A stretch of DNA of 34,278 nt from Legionellales bacterium (GTDB lineage Bacteria; Pseudomonadota; Gammaproteobacteria; UBA1113). This document shows positions 18,983-26,927 of the stretch, piece by piece. Numbering within the stretch: the first letter of the stretch is position 1; the number at the start of each line of letters is the position of its first letter. The stretch spans positions 1 through 34,278 of the forward strand of contig JABEVJ010000261.1 of the NCBI GenBank assembly GCA_013043985.1. The letters run 5' to 3'. The translations under genes and the position numbers were made by a program. The notes beneath the pieces are model-generated. The model was not told where the DNA came from. It did not search any database and saw only the letters and a program-made list of their open reading frames with translations.

Positions 18983-19609
18983 CTATGTGGCATCTAAGAC
19001 CGCTTTATATCGGTGAATATCAAAAAACAATAAGGAGATAGCTTCTTCCTGATTGTTTTGTGTCGTCAATAATTCAAACCCTAAATGGGTATAAAAATTG
19101 ACTGATTCTTGTTTGGCATCGACCACTATATAACGGCAACCAATGTGCGGTGTAATCTTATTCATGACTAAACTAACGCAAAATTCTACCAAACCTTTTC
19201 CGTAACCCTTACGCTGTAATTTTTGATCAACGGCAAGACGGGCAATTTTGACGGCTGGCAAAACATCGTACTTGACGGATGAGGGGCTTTCTTCTGGTTT
19301 TTGATGTCCATTTAAATGAATTTCGCTACTCATCAAGGTCACGTAACCCCACACTTTTTGGCTGACTTCTACGGGTTCAATCAAGACGTAGGTTTTCGCA
19401 ATATCATTGGTGTGAAAATCAAGCGCGTCTTTTTTAAGGAATGTTTTTAAAGGCGTATAACTGGGATTACCAAGAGAAAGCTTCACATTGTCGTTTTCTT
19501 GAATGGCTCGCAACTTAAGTGTTAAAGGAAGGGTAATCACATTAAGCACCACGGCGAATTTTATCTTTTTGAGGGCGCAGGATAACCGCTCCGGTCTTAT
19601 CAAACTCAT
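18983..19609 (-). CDS. GNAT toxin of a TacT/KacT-like toxin-antitoxin pair
   Basis: The core IARLAVDQKLQRKGYGKGLVEFCV...GCRYIVVDAKQESVNFYTHLGFE matches GNAT-toxin architecture. The real start is probably the GTG at about 19549, which overlaps the antitoxin stop (GTGCTTAA), rather than the ATG at 19609. Confidence 0.65.
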   Translation of the reverse strand: MSLIRPERLSCALKKIKFAVVLNVITLPLTLKLRAIQENDNVKLSLGNPSYTPLKTFLKKDALDFHTNDIAKTYVLIEPVEVSQKVWGYVTLMSSEIHLNGHQKPEESPSSVKYDVLPAVKIARLAVDQKLQRKGYGKGLVEFCVSLVMNKITPHIGCRYIVVDAKQESVNFYTHLGFELLTTQNNQEEAISLLFFDIHRYKAVLDAT

Positions 19610-19745
19610 TCAAGAGTTTTTTGCCCTCTTGTAAGGTTGTTATTGCGCGTGGGTTAGGCGTTTTGTCTTGAATTTTACTCAAAAACGCATCTGCATCTTT
19701 GCCTGAGAGATGCCACCCTGAAAATGTTGATGTTTTGACAGCCAT
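19542..19745 (-). CDS. Putative short antitoxin (67 aa)
   Basis: It lies immediately upstream of, and overlapping, the GNAT toxin. FSGWHLSGKDADAFLSKIQDKTPNPRAITTLQEG resembles the C-terminal toxin-binding half of DUF1778 antitoxins. No obvious RHH N-terminal half is present. Confidence 0.5.
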   Translation of the reverse strand: MAVKTSTFSGWHLSGKDADAFLSKIQDKTPNPRAITTLQEGKKLLNEFDKTGAVILRPQKDKIRRGA

Positions 19746-19765
19746 AGTCTATAAATCCGCTCTTG

Positions 19766-19805
19766 TTATACCTTTCTTCATTATACCACAGAAAAGATGG
19801 GTATA
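19766..19805 (-). promoter_or_regulatory. Promoter and operator of the TA/DUF3987 operon
   Basis: The minus strand reads TGGTATAAT, an extended -10 (TATAAT = complement of 19780-19785). TTATACC lies at 19766-19772 and 19781-19787, with the inverted copy GGTATAA at 19799-19805. Confidence 0.55.
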
Positions 19806-19837
19806 AAAACGCACGCAGCATCGAAAATGGCGTTATT

Positions 19838-20380
19838 TTATATTTGTTGGTGTATTTTTTCTTTTATCATAAGTTGTAAGGTGGCAGGTATGCCGAGTGT
19901 GTCCGTTGTTTCAATGACTTTATGTAGAGTAAAACCGCATTTTCTGAACAAACGAAGCGAGCGTGTATTGCGACTGTCCGGATCGACCAAGCAGTAATCA
20001 TAACTTGGCCAGATAATTTGCTGCAAAAAAGTTTCCACTATCTGCTGTCCGAACCCCTTCCCGATATAATCAACCTCACCCATCAATAAATCCAGTCCGG
20101 CTGCGCGTTCAATGATCTCATCGGGAAAATCCTGGTTTGGCCAAGGGTAATCAATTATTGGGCAGTATTGGCAATAAGCGATAGGGGTACTCTCGGAAAA
20201 AACCACGAAGCCACGCACAGAAACCGTTTGCATCACGTAGGGCGAAAGTTTCTTTTCAACCTCAGTCAATGTCCAGTTGCGGAGCGAATACAATGTCTGC
20301 ACATGGGGTTCATTAAACCAGCGATGCAAGGTGGGGAAGTCTGTCTCACACAAGGGGGAAAAATGGATATCAAGTGCCAT
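19838..20380 (-). CDS. AAC(6')-Ib-family-like GNAT acetyltransferase (Acetyltransf_8 type)
   Basis: GLDLLMGEVDYIGKGFGQQIV and VDPDSRNTRSLRLFRKCGF parallel the AAC(6')-Ib segments GIDQLLANASQLGKGLGTKLV and TDPSPSNLRAIRCYEKAGF. Confidence 0.65.
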   Translation of the reverse strand: MALDIHFSPLCETDFPTLHRWFNEPHVQTLYSLRNWTLTEVEKKLSPYVMQTVSVRGFVVFSESTPIAYCQYCPIIDYPWPNQDFPDEIIERAAGLDLLMGEVDYIGKGFGQQIVETFLQQIIWPSYDYCLVDPDSRNTRSLRLFRKCGFTLHKVIETTDTLGIPATLQLMIKEKIHQQI

Positions 20381-20445
20381 TGTTTTGCTCTGTCACGATG
20401 CGCCACAGGGAAAACCCGCACCGGATGGTACGGGTTCATTCATGA

Positions 20446-20802
20446 TTAATGCGTAAAGTGAATGAAGTTGGATGACAGGGCAATCACACCTAAAATTACA
20501 GCCAGTGCGGTATAACCCCGTTTGAGGATATTGTCTTGCACGTCTTTAATTTCAAGCCGCAAATCCTTAATATCGATATGGATTTTATGGAACTCTTTAT
20601 GAATTTCTTCACGAAGCTGAACCGTTCTGTCATCAAATCGTTTCAAAGCTGCCTCTATCATCTGGTCTACCTCACTTTGCGTGTATAAATTCTCAGCTAA
20701 TGCTTTTGCCAACGCTGTTGCATGCACCTCAGAATGAGGTACGCCTCCTTTGTCTAGCATTTTAGCATAGCTCAGGCTATCAAACACTATCGGTTTACTC
20801 AT
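20446..20802 (-). CDS. DUF1640-like coiled-coil protein with a C-terminal TM helix
   Basis: 118 aa. N-terminal FDSLSYAKMLDKGGVPHSE, a central coiled coil, and a C-terminal hydrophobic segment ALAVILGVIALS. Confidence 0.55.
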   Translation of the reverse strand: MSKPIVFDSLSYAKMLDKGGVPHSEVHATALAKALAENLYTQSEVDQMIEAALKRFDDRTVQLREEIHKEFHKIHIDIKDLRLEIKDVQDNILKRGYTALAVILGVIALSSNFIHFTH

Positions 20803-20980
20803 TTTTCGATCCTTTTGTCAGAGCCAATCAGAGTAAAACCGCCCTTCGGGGAGAATTTTATCCCCGATTGGGTGGTGATGTGAGCGAAAGTAAGGAGGTG
20901 ACCCCTCACTTTCATGCTTTATTCAGCCACTTGGCTGAATTTTCCGGTGGAGCAGGGGCGTTTTACCGCCTACCCGCGCC

Positions 20981-21391
20981 CTAGAACGGGATATCGTCCG
21001 TCATTTCTTCCTGAGCCTCTGCTTCCTCTGCCGTTGGTTCTTCACCGTGGGCAGTGGGCGTTAATTTCAAAAAGGACTGGCCAACGATTTCAGTGTTGTA
21101 GCAATCACGCCCTTCTTTATCCTGCCACTTGCGGGTGCGAAGTGAGCCAGTCAGATAGAGACGTTCGCCTTTTTTTAAGATTCTGCCGATATTTTCGGCG
21201 GTAACCCCATAAAAAACGACACGATGCCATTCCACTTTTTCTTTAAACTCACCACTGGCCTTGTCTTTCCAGACCTTGCCTGTTGCGACCGATAAAGCGG
21301 TGACGGCATCACCGCCGTTGGGTAAATAGCGTACTTCAGGCTCTTGGCCGAGGTTGCCGATTAAGGTGACTTGATTAATGCCTTTCATCAT
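20981..21391 (-). CDS. ssb: Single-stranded DNA-binding protein
   Basis: N-terminal OB-fold [26 protein letters not shown]...WHRVVFYG, and an acidic tail ending DDIPF. Confidence 0.95.
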   Translation of the reverse strand: MMKGINQVTLIGNLGQEPEVRYLPNGGDAVTALSVATGKVWKDKASGEFKEKVEWHRVVFYGVTAENIGRILKKGERLYLTGSLRTRKWQDKEGRDCYNTEIVGQSFLKLTPTAHGEEPTAEEAEAQEEMTDDIPF

Positions 21392-21415
21392 AAATTCTCC
21401 AGTAAAGTTAAAAAT

Positions 21416-21441
21416 AATTCAGTTTATTTAGAAACTGAATT
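21416..21441 (-). terminator. 10-bp-stem hairpin between the 65-aa gene and ssb (possible attenuating terminator)
   Basis: aattcagttt (21416-21425) pairs with aaactgaatt (21432-21441) around a 6-nt loop. On the minus strand it is followed by ATTTTTAAC. It overlaps the stop codon of the upstream gene. Confidence 0.4.
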
Positions 21442-21637
21442 AACCGTGCCCGCCCATGAGAGTGGTCTCGTTTTTCCCCAATGCATTCAGCTTTGCCAGT
21501 AACAATTTATTTAACCTGATGCTGCATTCTTGAATGACGGTTTTTTCCGATTCATCAAAATGCGCTTCAAGAGTCAATAAATTGCCAATCTCAACAAAAA
21601 GCGCGTGCATTGACTGCTCAATGCGAGATATTTCCAT
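21440..21637 (-). CDS. Small hypothetical protein (65 aa)
   Basis: The ATG at 21637 is preceded by aggaga 5 nt upstream. The longer 77-aa form lacks an RBS. Confidence 0.45.
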   Translation of the reverse strand: MEISRIEQSMHALFVEIGNLLTLEAHFDESEKTVIQECSIRLNKLLLAKLNALGKNETTLMGGHG

Positions 21638-21771
21638 CGGTTTCTCCTGTTTACCTCGCTGAAGAATCTTCATCCTGACGGATAAAAAATGCTCCGCAAG
21701 GATGATGATTTAAAACAGGGATTGAGATGTTTTTCATTGAAAAAACCCTCTCTGCCTGTTCACTTGATAAA

Positions 21772-21801
21772 ACAACGCTCTTTATTGAAAAAGAGCGTTG
21801 T
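21772..21801 (-). terminator. Rho-independent terminator downstream of the methylase gene
   Basis: A perfect 12-bp stem: acaacgctcttt pairs with aaagagcgttgt around a 6-nt loop. The minus strand continues TTTATC. Confidence 0.7.
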
Positions 21802-21916
21802 GTCTGAAACAACGTTTTTCTAAAGTCGATGGGTTATCAGCCATTCAAACGTCAAGATAACTGTCTACAAGACCAACCCCTTTCGGGGTGGGTTTCGCAG
21901 GAGTTTCACCTGCTCA

Positions 21917-23272
21917 TCAGTTGTATTGAGTTGTTTCTTTTTTTGCTTTCTCCTCGGGTTGAATCGGTAACGGCTCATGTTGGCTGGACGGTTTTGTTGC
22001 TTGCGCCTCAATCGCGGTCAGTGCCTTGCAAAGCGATTGCCACTGCAAACAGTGCTCATGTAATGTGAGCAAAAGTCCTCGGCATTCACTTTCTTCTTTC
22101 TCAAGTAGCGTCATCTTCTGGGCAAGAGCCTGCTTTTTCTCCTCAATGCTACCCAGTTGTTTCTCCAGCTTGGTTTGCCAATCCTGCAAGCTCACACTAT
22201 GCGTCGTGGTAGGAGAAACAACGTAGCCAGATTCCCATGATTTCTCTGCTGTTTCGCTGTCCTCAATTGATTCCTCCTTGGTGAGAGCGGATTGAAGAGC
22301 AGTCGTTGGGTTTGATATATCTGCACCCAGCAACCTTTCTGACTTTTCTGTCCGCTTACACGTCAATTCATCTCTTCCATAAACCGTAATAAACTCGATT
22401 TTCCCCATTACCTGCTCGGGATGCTGAAAAAAATACGTGTTCATTTGTGCTCGTTTGACTCCTTCCCGAACCGTTCGGGCATTGACCCAACGGGTATTAC
22501 CCGCCCGTTTTTGCAGAATGACGACATCAACAGTGACTTTCGCATCATCAAACAGGTCATCCGGTAATCGGTACGCTTCAACGAGTGAGCCACCTTCTTT
22601 AGCAATGATATGGCGCACGTGTTTTTCGGGCGCATCCAGAAAATAACGCGGTAATACCATCGCCAAGAATCCATCCGGCTTTAACAATCTCATGCATTTA
22701 CCGACAAAATAGTGGTGGATGCTGACATGCGTTAAATCCGGATGTTGCTCATCTTTCACGTTGATTTGTCCATAGGGCGGATTCCCGATAATCAAATCAA
22801 AGCCCTCCTCATCATTAATAAAGTTCTCAAATCCCTGGTGCCTGACATCCACATCCGGATACAGGGCGCGAAGTAAACGACAGCTTGTGCCATCCATTTC
22901 AACAGCAACACACTGTGCTCCTTTCCAGCTCGGTGGCATTTTCTTCACAAAAACACCATGCCCTGCGCTGGGTTCTAAAATCCGTTGTGGCGAAATGGTC
23001 CATTTTCCGAGTTTTTCATAAACAAACCCCACTAAATTTTCTGGCGTGTAATACGCTGACCTAAACGTTTCTTTGAGCGCGGTAATCTCTGAATCACTCA
23101 AGAGACGTTTTAACTGCCTGTATGTATCACGGTGATAGACCGCGTCACGTAACCCACCCCAGCCTGAATAATTTTCCAAAACAAGCCTGTCTGGGGTCGG
23201 CTTTTTTAGCTCTGAGAGGGCGTCCAGATTGAGCCGGACGCGCTCGGTATTAAACGTTTCGTTGATTTCCAT
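21917..23272 (-). CDS. Orphan N6-adenine DNA methyltransferase (Eco57I/N6_Mtase type) with a coiled-coil C-terminus
   Basis: Motif I ILEPSAGHGVF and motif IV IIGNPPYGQ. The ATG at 23272 has an aggaga RBS. No adjacent restriction endonuclease is visible. Confidence 0.8.
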   Translation of the reverse strand: MEINETFNTERVRLNLDALSELKKPTPDRLVLENYSGWGGLRDAVYHRDTYRQLKRLLSDSEITALKETFRSAYYTPENLVGFVYEKLGKWTISPQRILEPSAGHGVFVKKMPPSWKGAQCVAVEMDGTSCRLLRALYPDVDVRHQGFENFINDEEGFDLIIGNPPYGQINVKDEQHPDLTHVSIHHYFVGKCMRLLKPDGFLAMVLPRYFLDAPEKHVRHIIAKEGGSLVEAYRLPDDLFDDAKVTVDVVILQKRAGNTRWVNARTVREGVKRAQMNTYFFQHPEQVMGKIEFITVYGRDELTCKRTEKSERLLGADISNPTTALQSALTKEESIEDSETAEKSWESGYVVSPTTTHSVSLQDWQTKLEKQLGSIEEKKQALAQKMTLLEKEESECRGLLLTLHEHCLQWQSLCKALTAIEAQATKPSSQHEPLPIQPEEKAKKETTQYN

Positions 23273-23379
23273 GGGATTCTCCTGGTTGGATAAAAAGACA
23301 GGGGAATCCACCCAGCAGGGAAGGATTCCCCTGCTGGATTGAAAAAATGAGCCTATCAATTTAAGACAGGCTCATTAAC

Positions 23380-24162
23380 TTAATGTGAGGCACGCATGAG
23401 ACGCCTTGGCCATTCGTGCTCATCGTCATCGCCTGAATACGATGAGGGATTGGCTGAATCGTCTAAACGATGCGGCCAATGCACTCCTGCTTCAGGGATA
23501 ATTGATTCCGGTAACCGTCTTTCATTCTGAGTCTGGCTCTCTGAGCCAATCTCTTCTTCGGTGTGCGCTACCTTCCATTCATCCAATGAAGACGAGCTCT
23601 CGTGGTAATTGGCTTCCCGCTTGAACTGTTGTTTCTCCTCCTCACTGAGCCAACCATCATTGATGGACAGAAAACGGGTCAGCGCAGCCTGTCGGTTTTT
23701 TTCATCGGTTCTCGTGTAGGCATCCAGATGGTAACCATAAGCCTGATTGATGCGTTTAATCATGCCAGATAACCATGTCGCTCTTAATTCACTCAGCGAT
23801 TCGATGTCTCGGAAAGAAAATCGCTTTAATTCATCGATTTCCTCGGTAAGCACATCGTACCTGTGGGCGAGATGGGTTTTTTCAGACGCCAGTGCCAACA
23901 TTGTGATGTCCTGCTTTTTCAACGCCATGACTTTTCGTTGATATTGCTTCTGTTGTAATTCGAGCTTTTTCTGCAGAATTATCAGGTTTTCCCTCAAATC
24001 AGCTCGCTCCTCACACAGATAATTTCGAATGCTTGCCAAATCCTGTCTGGCGGGTCGATTCTCAAATGCGAGACGCATTCGGGAAGGCCACTCAAACGGT
24101 GTCAGTACCTTTGTTTTGGTTTTGGCGTAAAAATTAACAAAAAACGGTTTAATGCTTGGCAT
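23380..24162 (-). CDS. Hypothetical coiled-coil protein with an acidic C-terminus
   Basis: 260-aa ORF, first gene of the minus-strand operon. No motif recognised. Confidence 0.5.
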   Translation of the reverse strand: MPSIKPFFVNFYAKTKTKVLTPFEWPSRMRLAFENRPARQDLASIRNYLCEERADLRENLIILQKKLELQQKQYQRKVMALKKQDITMLALASEKTHLAHRYDVLTEEIDELKRFSFRDIESLSELRATWLSGMIKRINQAYGYHLDAYTRTDEKNRQAALTRFLSINDGWLSEEEKQQFKREANYHESSSSLDEWKVAHTEEEIGSESQTQNERRLPESIIPEAGVHWPHRLDDSANPSSYSGDDDEHEWPRRLMRASH

Positions 24163-24354
24163 GATGATTCACTCCAGTAGGATAAAAATAGCCTGTGAAA
24201 TGAACCTCTCCCTGTGGAGATGGATAACATTCCACAGAAAGGTTAATGAGCGTTTATTTTTGGATGAAATCCAAGCATAAACATGATTGATAAAACACCT
24301 GACTAACGTCCGGTTATTAGCGGTTGAGGTGTCAAAATAACAAACGGTCAAGAC

Positions 24355-24566
24355 CTGATAGCAGGTTTCATCGGGATTGCACCGATTCGTCAGTTGTTTC
24401 GTTTGGTTCATAAAAAAGCAACAGCAGCAGAAATGGCTGTTATGAAGATAGAGCATTAACTTGTGTTAACGTGGTTGGTAGGACATCAAGTCTGTGCGAC
24501 CGTTGCTGGCGGTTAATGACGTAAGAGCAAGTACAGTTTGCTGGGTTTTTAGGTGAATTGCAAGCT
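24355..24566. repeat. Non-coding repeat module, copy 1 (order B...A...B')
   Basis: Core A at 24497-24532 matches 29600-29635 (25 of the first 29 positions identical). Motif B at 24355-24400 matches 29660-29702. A degenerate B' lies at 24541-24566. Confidence 0.65.
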
Positions 24567-24696
24567 TTTTTCGATGCCTTTTTGTAAAAATAAATTGCGC
24601 ATTTAAAATTCGCTCTGTTTAAGACAAATTTTTTAAGACAAATTTTCGTTTGTCCTGTATCATTTCAACCTAACAATTCAACCAAGGTACAAGACG

Positions 24697-25746
24697 ATGT
24701 CTGTCATACTCGAAACTGAACGGCTGATTTTACGCACATGGGAAGAGGCTGATGTTGAGCCGATGGCCGCCATCGACCAAGACCCCAAGGTATGTGAGTT
24801 TCTACCTAGCCTCGGCACACTGGAAGCGACCAGAGCACACATCGCTCACATAAAAAATCATTACACCGAACATGGTTTCTCAAAATATGCCGTTGAGCTG
24901 AAATCTACTCACGAGATGATAGGCTTTGTTGGCTTATCGATTCCGTCTTTCGACGCTCATTTTACCCCCTGTGTTGAAATAGGCTGGCGTCTTGCCTCAT
25001 CTCACTGGGAGCAGGGTTATGCCACGGAAGCCTCCAAAGCCGTGCTGAATTACGCCTTTATGACGCTTGGTCTGGATGAGGTAGTGGCTTTTACGGTGCC
25101 TGCCAACCTTGCCTCGCGACGCGTCATGGACAAAATCGGCCTGCGTTATTGTCCTGATGATAATTTTGAGCATCCAAAACTGGCAAAAAACCATCCTTTA
25201 TGCCAACATTTTTTGTATCGCCTCAGGCAGGCCGATTATTTGGCGTTAATGGGTTATCACCCTCAGCCAAAAGCCTTAAACCAATTACTCCGCTCTCGCA
25301 AGGCAACCTTGAACGATTTGCCTGAGATTATCGCATTGCTGAACGATGATGTGTTGGGGCAAACGCGGGAGCAATCTGGAACTGCCTTTGAGCCGCGCTA
25401 TATCGAGGCGTTTCATCGCATCGAAAAAGATGAAAATGCGTATTTGATGGTGATATTGCTGGGTGAGGAAATAATCGGCACCTGCCACCTTAACTTACTG
25501 CCATCGCTCACCTTTCTGGGGTCAACACGCCTTCAGATTGAAGCGGTCAGAGTGGCTACATCGTATCAACGAAAAGGGATAGGGGAATGGATGATAAAAC
25601 AGGCCATTGCCTACGGCAACACCCATGGCGCATCAGTTTTTCAATTAACCACGAACAAACAGCGGGTCGAAGCAAAACAATTTTACGAGCGTCTCGGGTT
25701 TGAGGCAACACATGAAGGCATGAAGTTGTATACTCAAACAACATGA
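24697..25746 (+). CDS. Tandem double-GNAT acetyltransferase
   Basis: The N-terminal half is RimJ-like (LETERLILRTWEEADVEPM...GWRLASSHWEQGYATEA). The C-terminal half is a second GNAT (VRVATSYQRKGIGEWMIKQAI...FYERLGFE). Confidence 0.75.
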   Translation: MSVILETERLILRTWEEADVEPMAAIDQDPKVCEFLPSLGTLEATRAHIAHIKNHYTEHGFSKYAVELKSTHEMIGFVGLSIPSFDAHFTPCVEIGWRLASSHWEQGYATEASKAVLNYAFMTLGLDEVVAFTVPANLASRRVMDKIGLRYCPDDNFEHPKLAKNHPLCQHFLYRLRQADYLALMGYHPQPKALNQLLRSRKATLNDLPEIIALLNDDVLGQTREQSGTAFEPRYIEAFHRIEKDENAYLMVILLGEEIIGTCHLNLLPSLTFLGSTRLQIEAVRVATSYQRKGIGEWMIKQAIAYGNTHGASVFQLTTNKQRVEAKQFYERLGFEATHEGMKLYTQTT

Positions 25747-25792
25747 ATTGATGAATTTTTGACTTTCAAGTATTTTAAACCGGAGATTAACC

Positions 25793-26347
25793 ATGTCACT
25801 CACCCCTTCCCGTATGATGCCGCTCGGCACACGCGCCCCTGATTTTACACTGCTGGACACCGTCTCGGGAAAATCCCTGTCCTTGATGGATCTGAAATCC
25901 GACAAAGCTACGGTGATTCTCTTTATCTGTAACCATTGCCCCTTTGTGCGTCATATCGAGCAACAACTGATGATGGTTGCCCGTGCTTACCAGCAAAAAG
26001 GCATCGCATTTATTGCCATTAGTGCCAATGATGCAACGACCTATCCCGAGGATGCGCCTCATCGCATGACAGAGATTGCCAAGGAATGGGGGATGCCTTT
26101 TCCTTATCTTTACGATGAAATGCAGGAAATCGCCCAAGCGTATGATGCCGCCTGTACGCCCGATTTATTCGTTTTTGATAAAGATTTGCGCTGTGTCTAT
26201 CGCGGTCAGTTTGACAGCTCACGGCCGGGAAGCAGTGCGCCTGTCACAGGCAATGACCTTGTTGAGGCGTTGGAGGGGATATTGGCAGGAAATACGGTCA
26301 ATCCTGAGCAAAGACCCAGCATAGGTTGCAATATCAAATGGAAGTAA
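25793..26347 (+). CDS. Thioredoxin-fold (AhpC/TSA-redoxin-like) protein
   Basis: CxxC motif CNHCPF after APDFTL, and a C-terminal GCNIKWK typical of this thioredoxin-family group. Confidence 0.7.
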   Translation: MSLTPSRMMPLGTRAPDFTLLDTVSGKSLSLMDLKSDKATVILFICNHCPFVRHIEQQLMMVARAYQQKGIAFIAISANDATTYPEDAPHRMTEIAKEWGMPFPYLYDEMQEIAQAYDAACTPDLFVFDKDLRCVYRGQFDSSRPGSSAPVTGNDLVEALEGILAGNTVNPEQRPSIGCNIKWK

Positions 26348-26407
26348 GGCCCAAGTTTACGGAGCTTTTTTCAATATCATAAACTACAATTATAAAAAGG
26401 ATTCTTC

Positions 26408-26920
26408 ATGGGAAATGTAATGGCTGAAAGCAAAGAGAGTAAATATTTAATTATTAAAGATGAGGAGCTTTTTACTGATCGATATTATAAGTTATCTTAT
26501 AGATTGGTTATTTGCTATTCATTGATGAGATATTTTCAAACAGCAAAAAGCGTTGAATATGATAATGACAGAGATAATTGTCGAAATTTTTTGAGCAAAG
26601 TTTTAGGGGCAATTGAAGAAAATAAACCTTATTGCGAGCCAAGTTTTTTGGAAATTTATCCATTTGAGAAAAGTATATCTCAATCTGGATTTGTTGTGAT
26701 TGATCGATCTAAGGCCTGTTATCCATTAGTTCTGTATCCTGAAGATGACAAACCTGAGCATGGTGACAGAATTAGTACCTTTAAAACAGCTGTAGCAGAT
26801 ATTATTGATAATTTAGATAAAATTACTCCAATTTTATACTCTGATACAATCTGGAATCAAGATAAAGTTAGCAGACTAGTAAGGTCTTTCGACTATCCAG
26901 AAAAGGCCAATCAAAAATAA
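26408..26920 (+). CDS. Hypothetical protein, visibly AT-richer than its neighbours
   Basis: 170-aa ORF with no recognised motif. It ends 7 nt from the convergent recombinase gene. Confidence 0.45.
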   Translation: MGNVMAESKESKYLIIKDEELFTDRYYKLSYRLVICYSLMRYFQTAKSVEYDNDRDNCRNFLSKVLGAIEENKPYCEPSFLEIYPFEKSISQSGFVVIDRSKACYPLVLYPEDDKPEHGDRISTFKTAVADIIDNLDKITPILYSDTIWNQDKVSRLVRSFDYPEKANQK

Positions 26921-26927
26921 TATTTCG

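Noticed and set aside
20914-21204. 96-aa plus-strand ORF preceded by a strong AAGGAGGTGA
   Set aside because: It is antisense to the well-supported ssb gene. It contains a terminator-like hairpin in its first 30 nt, and the peptide looks random (Pro/Arg/Leu-rich). Only the SD and hairpin are kept as an observation.
24364-24383. Block B (ggtttcatcgggattgca) as a sigma-54 promoter, because of the TTGCA element
   Set aside because: The spacing between the upstream GG and the GC of TTGCA does not fit TGGCAC-N5-TTGCA in any of the three copies.
24169-24456. 95-aa minus-strand ORF upstream of gene 23380..24162
   Set aside because: The translation is Cys/Phe/Asn-rich nonsense (HFCCCCFF...). It overlaps the conserved non-coding B block and has no RBS.
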